A DNA stretch of 64,000 bases from Perkinsus chesapeaki ATCC PRA-425 (taxonomy: Eukaryota > Protista > Perkinsozoa): assembly GCA_013115145.1 (NCBI GenBank), contig JAAPAO010000057.1:35373-99372 (forward strand), written 5' to 3'. This document shows, one piece after another, positions 1 through 11,329 of this stretch. The translations under genes were made by a program, and so were the position numbers. The notes under the pieces were generated by a model that was not told where the DNA came from, searched no databases, and was given only the letters and a program-made list of their open reading frames with translations. Numbering within the stretch: the stretch's first letter is position 1; each line of letters starts with the position of its first letter.

Positions 1-28
1 AAATGAGAGCAGGAAATCACTGCCTTAC

Positions 29-3000
29 CTGGGAGCTGTGAAGATGGTCTTCTTGCATGTGGGACAGCACCTTAGTTGTATCGCCTTGTGGTCACCTTTA
101 GAGGCATCATAAGTCATGTAACTGGGGAAAGAGCCTTACGATACTAACTCCTAGCCTCAGAACTTACGTATCCAAACCTTCAACGAAGAATGTATGCCCA
201 CAGTCGGGAAGCATGTAAAGTCTGGAGCCATCTTCCAGGGCAGATCCTATAGTGTCCAGGGATATAGTGCACTCAACATCAGGGTAGCAACGTGGGCAAA
301 TAGGACAGGGCTCGCCACAGAGGCCTTGACAAGGATGGCCACAAGCCAGCTCCAACGTACAGTGAGCATTGCAGCGCGGCCTCTTGCATGGCTCGTGGCA
401 TACTTGATCACATTTATGGTGGCGACAGCGCCAAAGGCAAGGCTCACGGCATGGGACACAGATCTCACAACAGGCCTTACCGCAGACATTTCCGTGAAGG
501 CAGCGCATACCACATTCTTGATCACATAGTTTTGTATGGGGCTCTCCACAAAGCTTATCGCACTTATGGCCACAAGCTAGCTCCTGCTCGCAATCTTCTT
601 TACATTGGACTTTAGTGTGATCATGTGCCGGTGAACAGAACTTAGGGCAGGGATGACCACAAGGTAGGACTCGCTCACATTGTCGCATGCACTCCTTCAC
701 GTTCTTACAGACTTGCTCTACATCATGACCGCATTGAGCCTTCACTGTCTGCTTGAAGGTGCACTCCAAACTGGTCGACTTGGACTTGTAGCATGCCACT
801 TGGAGTTGATGTCCACAAGAGAGAACGACCGAAACCATTCGCAGACAGCGCCTCTCGATAGGATCATCTTTCATAAAGCAGCGTACTCCCTTTTCGTGGC
901 CGCAATCAAGGATGACCGATACCGTAGCGACACAAGGTGTCTTGCAGACATCCATCGGCTCGGAGTCAGGGCGAGTACAATTACAGCAGAGGTTTGGGCA
1001 TTTATGGGAGCAGCCAGTAGGCCTCGGCCGATTGCATGGCTTATCACAGGTTACCAGTTCATGATCGAAGACATGGCAATTAAGGGGGCACCTATGACCA
1101 CATTGAGGAAGCAGGAGCTTGCAAGGTTCACGGCAGCCACCATCTTTGACATAGTAGAAGTCGGCAGGGTCGGAAATATGCTCCAAATTCTCAGGATGAT
1201 TACGACACTTCAATGTCAAAGTGGGTCCGATACGTCCCGGCTCGCGGAGGCGTTCAAGAACAACCTTCCAACTTTGGGAGCCTCCGAGCATTTGAGAGTT
1301 GCCCAGGATATATAGGCCTTGCTTCGCACGTGAGAGCGCCACAATAACTCTATTCTCTATGCCGACAAAGCCGATCTTCTTAGCCTCATTAGAACGGACC
1401 AGAGAGAGAATGACAACCTTGTTCTCTTCACCTTGGTAGTCGTCGATAGTAGCAACTCTGACACCAACGATCTCCTTGTTCTTGTTAGCTCGTATCTCCG
1501 GGTCCAAGTAGCTTCGCATAAGCCGCTTCTGACCGATGTAGGGAGTTAGTAGGGTGATGTCCTCGGGTTGATACTGCTGTGACCGAACAAGATAAAGAGC
1601 GAAGCTGGTGACGAACCTGGCTTCATAATCATTCTTTTTGGAGGTACCCTCAAATGACTGTTCGAGCTCTCTGTGGTCGAGGAAGTATACATCAGTAGCC
1701 ACACCACCAACTCTATCATACTTCTTAACCCTCTCGTGGTCGATGAGACCATCAGCGTAGAAATGCTTCACCAATTGGCTGACTTCTGGTCTCATACGAA
1801 GTTGAGTGGATAACTTAGCAAATGGGACGTTGAGGTTGATGAGCCTTTCAAAAAGTGATATGTCAAAGTGATTCTTCCGGCATAATTCAAAGGCATTAAT
1901 TTTCGGTCTCAACTGTTGATGGTCTCCAATGAGCACCACATGTTCCAGTTTGGGTGAGGACAAGCTGGATATCAGTTGACATTCTAATAGCTCCCCTGCC
2001 TCCTCGATGATGACCACCCTCGGAGCCAAGCGATGAACTAGATCCTGGTTGAGGGCTGCGTAAGTACTAGTCATACCGATAAGCTTGGAACCACGACAGG
2101 CCCGGAACAATACTGCCTTGCGATGCTGCATATAGGCCTTTGCCGCATCCTCGCCCTTTTTATAGATGTCTCGAAGCTTTGTCTTCATAGGGCCTTCAAG
2201 AGCTGTTCCAACAGCTTCGACTAGTCCTTGCCGACTACGTCGAGATGGTGCAGCTTGGTTAACACAAGTGGTGCCGGCATCATGGACAGCAACGTGACAG
2301 CCAGCAGCGACGACGGTTTCACCGAATGTTGTTTCTAGCCTCCCACGTATCTTCTGCTGGAAGCAAGCTGCCATCGTATACTCGTCCTTCCATGGCCGAT
2401 CAATCTCCAAGTCGTCGACATTATCATCAGAAGGGCGAGCAACCGCCAGGTTACCACCACGGCCACGAATAACGCCGTCAATTTCTATTCCGCCAAGAGC
2501 GGCCCCTCTTCCAGCACGGTCGGCAAAGAGCTGATCACCAATCATTCTCTCTTGCTCGATGAGGTCGAGGAGGTCCATGTCTAGGTCATCCATATCGATA
2601 TCATTGCGCCTTCGAGTTGGGGCGCTGAACTCGAATAGATGGTCAATAAGTCTGTCGACTCCTGCCTCCATCTCATCACGCAAGTCCTTTCTTTGACGGT
2701 CAGGCAGGCCGCAAAAGGATTCGTAGGCTCGCGACGATCGTCCAGGATCGAATCGATTAGACGTCTTCACTTTCCCCTTGATGTCGAATCCTCTCTGCTT
2801 CAACCAAGCCTTCTCACTTCCTGCCATCTGCCTCTCCGTGCCCTCCAACCAGTTCCTCAGAGATTCCATAGCAAACTCAGCGGCAAAATGGCCAAGCCTA
2901 GCAAAGCTCATTTTCCAGCCAACTGGTGCCAGAATCCTTCGGAATAGAGTGAAAGGGATATAAGCTAGGATGCACACAAGTTGGGCGTCACCACCTTGGT

Positions 3001-4858
3001 AGAGGGCCGCCACGGAGTTGAGAGTCCGGCAAGTAGCCTCCAACTGATCCTTGAAGTCTTGCCTCCGCTGATAGTCTTCGGAGTTCTCGCGCATCTTAGC
3101 TCGGACATGGCATTCTTGAAGAGCCTCGTTATCGGCCTTAGACCGGCCTCCGAATCTTACGATTTGGCCTGGCATATAAAGTAGTAGGTCTTCGAGGAAC
3201 TGATCCAGGGCATGGTTGGTGAGGGTCACCGCCAGCATTGGTTCCTCATGATATCTTCTGTCAAGGGCTGCCCTCGCCAGCCTGGCAAACTTCACCCCCA
3301 AGTAGCTTTTGCCCGTCCCAGGAGGCCCTTGGACAACGGCAATAGGACGGCGAAGGATATGTCTCATAGCAGTCTGTTGAGCGGGATCAAGCTCGATCCT
3401 TCTTCCTGCCACAGTTGGCCATGGACCAAGAGGATCGCTCTCGAGGGCCGTCGGGCCGTCACCGGTATATAAAGGTGCCAGGTCAATGCGAGCTCCTCGC
3501 AGATAGTCCGGTGCCTCGTCATGAGGGGTAATATCGCCTAGGAGCTTCTGGAGGAGGGGCATCTCTCTGAAGACCTCTTCATCACGCAGGAAGTCGAAGA
3601 CCGGCTTCTTGGCAAGGAAGTAATCAGGTGACTCTAGCATACAGTACTCGGCGTCAAACTGGAACTTGTGGAAGTTGGTCTCATCAAACCCAATACCGAC
3701 CGTTCCACCCTCTGACTTCTGGCCACCAGTCTCCCGGACGTCGAACTGTACTACAGTTGCGAATACCAGTGATTCGGGATCAGCATCACCACGTGGGGTA
3801 CCAGTGGTAGTACGAAAGAGGGCCACCAATGAACCATAAATCAAATGGGAGCCGAGGGTGAAATCGACAGGCCGCTGGCAAGTGAAGGCTACTTGAACAT
3901 AAGGATCGCCAGTATTAGTGACACCGAAGGGTTGCGGGAGAGCTTTCACATGCTCGTAGCACATAGCCTTCGCAGGCGCTCCAGTGGCAGTGGCGAAGCC
4001 AAGAGAATAGGAAAGGGCCTCCTTGAGAGGGATGAGGAACTCCTGGCGTAAACAGTAATAGTGTGTGGCCCTATACAGCAGCATGTCTGATGCTTTGTTG
4101 GCATCCCACTTGCCGGCTGCTCTATTGATGACCAGCTTTGACTTCAACTTTGTTGGTCTCACATTGTCCTTGATCTCATCCAAGGTAGGCATGAGATTGA
4201 ACTCATGCATCAGTGACTCGCATTCGGCCTCCTCATCAGGGGTAAGGTCTGTGGGGCCAACACCAGCCGCACCGCGGCGTGCTTGGAGATTGCGCACAGC
4301 ACCACCAGTCTTGTAGAACTCTATGCGTTGGAGAGGCATCAACAATGGTTCCTCGCTAGAGCCAATAAGCTTCGCCTGCTCACGGAACTTGTCTGCTGGG
4401 ATCAAAGCAGCAGCCTTCGTGTCGACCCGTCCGACTTCGACGAGGACCTTCATACAAGCAAGCATCTGGTCCATAGTCCGGATGTCTTCTACATAGTCAG
4501 GAGTGGCCACCACCAGACTCGCGCTCAAGGTTCGTATAACTTCATCGAACTGCTCCTTATCAAACGCTTCCATACACTTGGCGAGTAAAGAAAATAAGGC
4601 GTTGATCTCGAAGTCGTCGAAGTCTCTGATGTACGTGTTGAGCCTCTCTTTTAGACGCCAAACCTCCGACAAGCAGAAGTCGATATTCTTGTGACCATTT
4701 AGTCGCCTCACAAACACGGCGGCATCACGATAGCTGTCGATGCGGTCCTTCACTGCAGTTTTCTTAGGGACAGCAGAGTCACTATCTGAGTTGTGAGAGA
4801 ATCGGCAGGCTGTACCATTCCTGCATATCCCTCTCTGGTAGAAGCGACAGATAGGCAT
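29..4858 (-). CDS. ZNFX1: ZNFX1-like protein, paralog A: N-terminal CCCH finger, Upf1-like SF1 RNA helicase, NFX1-type Cys-rich fingers, RING-like domain; 3' end runs off the window
   Basis: CRFYQRGICRNGTACRFSH (CCCH); QGPPGTGKS (Walker A), IIEEAGE, IGDHQQLRP, TIDDYQGEEN, VALSRAK; repeated CxxxLxCGHxC; CTISLD...CGHTF. A 46-nt intron at 122-167 (GTAAGT..CAG) joins exon 29-121 (YMTYDASKGDHKAIQLRCCPTCKKTIFTAPR). A further intron starts at 28. Confidence 0.93.
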
Positions 4859-5368
4859 ATATGCTAGCGGAGAGGCACAACAATCTTGACATGAACCAGT
4901 TAAGTTTACTCTCCTGCTTGAACAGTACTGAGGTATGGTGGCGCGAACGAGCAGAATCCCTTGAAGGCCAACATTAATTCTGAATTTATACGGCTCTGCT
5001 CATTGGTTAAACTCAAGACTATGCGATGACAACTACGCTACCGTTAATGTCCTACAAATAGATTACGAAAGCTACGATATTATTTTACAATACGTATTCG
5101 TAACACAGAAGGGCTAAGCTAACCTGAGTGCTGTTGACTACTCTATTTCTCCCCACAACAATCGCTATTTTTAATCACGTAACGGCTCAATGGACTACCA
5201 CAGTTGCTTAATTAATGAAATATAATGAACAACACAACTCAGAATCATTGGGACTGAAGGTATGTTTGGTATAGGAGAGCGCGACTGACATGCTCTGGCG
5301 ATCTGTGATGGCTCGGTTGATTAGCTGAGGTCTCATTTCACTTTTTTGACCAATCCTGCCGCACGCGT

Positions 5369-5396
5369 GCACATTTTGTGCAACAAACGTGACGGG
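5369..5396. promoter_or_regulatory. Candidate upstream elements GCACATTTTGTGCAAC and CGTGACGGGCTTA (paralog A)
   Basis: Near-identical copies lie upstream of paralog B (11221-11233, 11259-11274); the flanking sequence is not alignable by eye. Confidence 0.45.
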
Positions 5397-5687
5397 CTTA
5401 ATTCGAGTCCTTCCGGAATTTCGGCGACAGGGGCTACGCTGCATCTAGGTTTGGAGACAAAAGAATAGCTTGCACCTCGTTGTGATGCAGGTGGTGAAGT
5501 CTACCACTAACTCGGTACCAAACTAGCCGGGTGCGGCTGATACTGAATGCTTATATGTTACGCAATAGAGCTGCAAGCCAACGATTTATCAAACGCGAGA
5601 GGATCAGTTGATAGAAACGTCTACTGTTAAAGAGAATCCTCACATTATATCAATCATTCTGATCTTCTATACTCAGTCACCAACTTG

Positions 5688-8600
5688 CTAATCTCCGCCT
5701 TCCACGAATTCGAAGATCGCTCTGTTTTCAGAGGCTAGTGTATCTTGTCCTCCGACTCGAGCCCCACATTCACGGCAAACAGCTGACTGCCTCGCAGCTC
5801 CACAATCCCCAATGAAATAAGGGTGTCCATTGGGACAGGCATACCAATGACCCACAGTAGAGCCAGTAATTTCGGCACTCATCGCAACATCAACTTGCTG
5901 ACGCTCTTCTCGATTGAGGGGGCCAAAGGTCTTCAACAACTTTTTCTTGACTTCGGAAAGTAGAGCTATTTGGGATTTCGCAGAGTTGCCGTACCTAATA
6001 AGTACATAGTACACAGCAATTTCATACGTCTGCATCTTTCTCACCTTGGTGCCGTATAGGTTGCCTGCTTACATGTAGGACAACACAGTAGTCTGACAGC
6101 GGTATGGTCGTTATTGGTAACTCGAGTGCTCATGTACCTAATTCTGGAGATGCCACAAAGAAGAGGTAGGAGACTCTCGTACTTGTCCAGCCCCTCAACA
6201 AAGAACGTATGACCGCACTCCGGAAGCCTATAGAGCTTAGCGTTATCTTCCAAGGATGAGCTAATTTCATCCAGTGTTATTGCGCACTGCAGGGTCGGCT
6301 CGCAAGTAGGACACGGTGGACATGGCTCACCACATAAGCCTTGACAAGGATGCCCACAACGTAGTTTTATTTTGCAGGGTTGGTCACACAGTGGCCGTTC
6401 ACACATCTCATGGCAGAACTTGGAGCACTTATGATGCTCACACTGTCGAGGGCAGGACTCCTTACATGGGGTGCAAATCTCGTAACATTTTCTTGGACAA
6501 CCATGACCATGTAGGCATTTAATTGGGCATGGCTCGTTACAAAGCTTAGTGTGAGGCTGCCCACATCTCATATCACATTTATGTCCACATAATAGATACG
6601 CGTCACACGGCCATTCACAGTCGGTAGTAACATGCCCGTGTTGAGGCAAGCACTTCTTTGAGCAACGGTGACCACATGGTAGCTTCATCTCGCAATCTCT
6701 GGTACATTTCCGAGGAGTATTGCATATCTGCTTCACTTCATGGCCACAGGCTGCATGGACAATGCTCTCAAAGTTGCACTTTACCGAACCAACATCGCAT
6801 TGTGCCTCGTGACACGGTAGGATCACTGTGTGGCCGCAAGGGAGCTCACAAGAGACTTTCACCAAACAGCGCCGCTCACCCAGGTCATCCTTCAGGAAGC
6901 AGCGAACATAGTTCTTGTGCCCACAGCTCAAGTCTACTGGTACTAGAATACTGCATGGAGTTTTGCACACGTCTTCAGGTTTAGAGTCTTTGTTAGAGCA
7001 CTCTGAGCACATGTGAATACATTTATGATTGCAACCATCTGGTCTCGGACGTGCACACGCTTTACGGCACTGGACTCCGTCATGATCGAATACATGGCAA
7101 AGATAGGGGCATACGTGACCACAAGCTGGCAATAGGGTACCACAAGGATATCTGCAACCACCGTCTTTCACATATTTGAAACCCTCGGGACCGGCCACTC
7201 GTTCGATATGGTCTGGATGTACACGGCACGTAAGAGTGAGAGCTGGACCAACTCGGCCTTGATCTCGTAGGACACGTAGTGGGCCTACCCAGCTCTTGGA
7301 GTTATCAAGAACCTTAGTGTTACCTAGAATAAACAGGCCTTCGCGTGCACGCGATAATGCCACAATAACCCTGTTCTCGATTCCAACAAAGCCTGGCCGA
7401 CACTCTAGATTAGAGCGTACCAAGGATAGGATGATAACCTTGTTCTCTTCACCTTGATAGTCGTCAATGGTCGCCACGTGCACGCCGCAACGATTGGAAG
7501 ATTTATCGGACTTGATACTCGGGTTGAGGTAATCCCGCATAAGCCGCTTCTGACCGATGTAAGGAGTTAGTAACGTGATGTCCTCGGGTTGATACTGCTG
7601 TGACCGAACAAGATAAAGAGCCAAGCTGGTGGCGAACCTGGCCTCGTAATCATTCTTTTTGGAGGTACCCTCAAATGACTGTTCGAGCTCCCTATGGTCG
7701 AGGAAGTATACATCAGTAGCCACACCACCAACTCTATCATACTTCTTAACCCTCTCGTGGTCGATGAGGCCATCAGCGTAGAAATGCTTCACCAATTGGC
7801 TGACTTCTGGTCTCATACGAAGTTGAATGGATAACTTAGCAAATGGGACGTTGAAGTTGATGAGCCTTTCAAGAAGTGATATGTCAAAGTGATTCTTCCG
7901 GCATAATTCAAAGGCATTAATTTTCGGTCTCAACTGTTGATGGTCTCCAATAAGCACCACATGTTCCAATTTAGATGAGGATAGGCACGCCATTAGCTGA
8001 CATTCTAACAGCTCACCAGCCTCCTCTATTATCACAACCCTCGGAGCCAGACGATGTACAAGATCTCGATTAAGTGCAGCAAAGGTACTGGTCATACCAA
8101 CCAATGCTCCACCTAGGCAAGCTCGCAACTGCACGCTTTTCCTTCGCTGGGCTTGGGTAGCTGCAACCTCATTGCCTTCCTGTTGCAACCTGGCAACTCT
8201 GACCGGGACAAACCGTCGCAGCGCTGCGCGTACTGGTGACCAAATTTGCCACCTTGTTCGCGGAGAGTCGTTCCGCTTGGCCAGACTATTGACTAAAGCA
8301 TGACACGCTACCGCAACGCAATCTGCTCCCACCATGGACTCAATCGCTACTCGGAGATATTGCTGGAAAGCCGAAGCCATAGTACGCTCGTTGGTATAGA
8401 GCGGCAAATCCATAGCTGTCTTACTCACATCGTCATCGGTAGGCCTGATAACTGGTACGTCGCCAAGGGAAGTACTATCTTCGACTGCACTGAACGTAGA
8501 GCTTAAGGGAGACACATTAACACTAGGCTTGTATCCAAATATCTCTTCCAGTGAGCTGTCGACGCCCGCCAGCATTTCAACCAACAAACCATTCTTACTG

Positions 8601-10883
8601 CCCTCATCAATCGAGTCGTAAGGGCGTGGGGTGCGTCTAGTGGAGCGCAGCGAACTTGAAGATACCCTGGTTTGATGTGATGACAGCCAACACTCCTCCG
8701 TAGCATATAGTTCATCTTCTGCCCCTTCCAGCCATCTATCCAGTGCAAGAATGGCAAAGTCCATTATTGAGCTACCAAGATACGCAAAGCTAGTCTGCCA
8801 GCCTCGAGGTGAGAGAACCTTGCGCAGTATGCTAAATGGAAGGTAAGCCAAGATACAAAGGCGCACACCTCTATCTTGACATAGCGCTGTTACTGCATTC
8901 ATTGATCGACCAATAAATTTTATCGACTTGGCTGATTTTTGGCGACCTGCATATTCTTCGGGTGTCTCCTTCATATTCTCCCTGATATTGCATGCCTGCA
9001 GCTCCTCATTGCCGCTCTTGGATCGGCCCCCAAATCGCATTAGACGCCCCTTCATGTGAGGCAGTAAGTCTTGTAGTAGCTGGTCGAGAGCATGATTCGT
9101 AAGAGTAATGGCAAGGATAGGCTCGCTGTGGCCTTTAGCATCAAGTGCTACTCTGGCGAGTCGCACGAACTTCACTCCCAAGTAGCTTTTGCCGGTACCG
9201 GGCGGTCCTTGTACCATCGCGAGTGGCGTCGAAAAAATGTGGTGCATCGCTACCTGTTGGGCTGGATCAAGCTCCACAGCACGCCCCTCTACAGTAGGCC
9301 AGGGCTCTAGAGGATCACCTCGGATCTCAGCCGGTTCGTCAACGCCTGTATATAGACAGCCAAGGTCGAGTTCAACCCCAGCAAGAAATGCAGGAGGCCC
9401 TGCCTCATGTCCGGCAATATTGCCGAGCAAGCGCGGAAGCAACAGGGTGTTCGAGAGGAGCTCGCCGTCTATCAGGAAGTCAAATACCGGCTTCTTGGCC
9501 AAATAGTAGTCCGGAGACTCCAGCATACAGTACTGCTTATCATAACATAACTTGGAAAAGTCCAACTGGCTCAAGTCGAGACACACCTCACCGCTGGACG
9601 ACCTGCCGGTTTTTTGAGAAGGCATCACATCAACCACGACAGCATACACTAGGGAGTCGCGAATGTACTGACCTTTCGGTGTCCCTGTAGAGGTTAAATA
9701 CAATACAACAAGGGAGCCATGTCGTAGGTTCGAACCAACCCCAAAGTCAACTGGACGCGGACAATCAAAACTCATCTTAACGCAGACTCCGGTACCGTCG
9801 ATGGCTTTGAAAGGTCGAGGTAGCATCTGAACTCTCTGGTGACATAGGCCACGAGGGGGGACTCCAGACTTGGTCATGTATCCGAGGCTATATCGCAGGA
9901 CCTCTTTCAAAGGTATGACCAGATCTTCTCGGAGGCAGTGATAGTGAGTGGCGCGGTAGAGTAGGAGTTCATCTTCGTTGGACGAATCCCAGCTATCTGT
10001 CTGTCGGTTAACCAACTTACTGATTAACGGGGGTGGTTTATCGTCTCCAGCGATCTCGGACATACTTGGCAGTAGCCGATCAGCAGCCATAAGAGCTGAA
10101 TACGCCTTAGCTTCTGGCACTGCAACTGACGACGTTGGAGTGATACTGAGCTCCTCCGGGCGATCTTGTTCAGGAGCTCGCAACTTTGACAACAAAGACT
10201 CGATTGTTTCAGATGCAACACCAAACATTGAAAGACGCTCACGTAGGAACGCTTCTGGGACCATCCTTGCTACTCGTGGATCAATCCTCCAAATCTCAAT
10301 GAGGACAATGATGAATTGAATTACGGCGTCAGCGCTAGCGGTGCTCCCAATGTAGTCGTGCGACTACTGCCAAGTTGGCGCTGAAGTCTTTGATTACCGA
10401 GTCGAAGGCTCTACCATCAAAAGCGTCCTTGCACTCGACCATAACTCTCACCAGCAACGCCAGTGACTCCTGGTCGATGTCACGAATGAACTCCTTGAGC
10501 CTGTCGCGCTCTTCGGAAAGGCGTGCCAGCATTGCATCGATATCCGTAGAGCGCTGTAGATCATTAAGGAAACGTCTTGCATCTTCGAGTGACCGAATCG
10601 GGGGCTCACGCGCCATGTATCGCCGTCTTTTAGCGGGATTACCACTTGCCGCCGGCGCATCCCTCTTGGCACCATTCCTTACAACAGCTTCGTTTACTGG
10701 CAAGGGAGACCACAATCTGGGCCTATTTTTGGACGAACCACGCTTTCTAGTTGAGTGAGCAGGCGAAGTAGAGGATACCTTGGTAGCAGAGTCGTGCGAA
10801 AACCGACACGAACTCCCATACCGGCAGTTGCCTCTAGCAAAGTCGCGGCATGGCTTCTCTGACACCCTTCGAGAGCGGTTCAT
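5688..10883 (-). CDS. ZNFX1: ZNFX1-like protein, paralog B, interrupted by a frameshift near 10358; terminal RZ-finger exon at 5688-5994
   Basis: ORF 10335-10883 (CCCH CRDFARGNCRYGSSCRFSH) and ORF 6041-10264 align colinearly with paralog A. There is an in-frame 45-nt intron near 6137-6181 and a 50-nt intron at 5995-6044, both at the same positions as in paralog A. The last exon encodes HWYACPNGHPYFIGDCGAARQSAVCRECGARVGG (RZ-finger pattern). Confidence 0.9.
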
Positions 10884-11220
10884 TCAGAGAGGAATAACAG
10901 GGAACACCTACGTAATCAAATGAGCATCTTGTGGTAATCGAAAACGGTGGGTGGTAATTAAAAAGCTAGACTTCTGCGAATTCTACGTCATACACAAGGT
11001 TCACGAAGTACTTAGAGTTAACTTGAACCTGACTTCGTGTAGCAGTGGGACACACTCTAACGCAAATAGACAACTGGCTCAACGAAACACAGTATAGAGT
11101 TAAGCTGGCAGCCCAGCAAACCTGGGTTTACTAGCCCTCCAAGCCAGATGTGACCTCCGATAAGCCACTGCAGCACGTCCATGGCTTGCGCTAATGTAGT
11201 TCAAACTATCACACAGAGAC

Positions 11221-11274
11221 CGTGACGGGGTTAGTGCATCACACATATGTTGAAGAGCGCACACTTTGTGCAAC
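11221..11274. promoter_or_regulatory. Candidate upstream elements CGTGACGGGGTTA and GCACACTTTGTGCAAC (paralog B)
   Basis: Match the motifs at 5369-5396, in swapped order. Confidence 0.45.
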
Positions 11275-11329
11275 GGCGGGCGGTTTGTGTTTGTATAGGC
11301 AAAATGGATTACTCTTTCGAAGCACACAT

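Noticed and set aside
194-4694. Many + strand ORFs overlapping the ZNFX1 genes
   Set aside because: Antisense shadows of long coding exons; no recognisable motifs.
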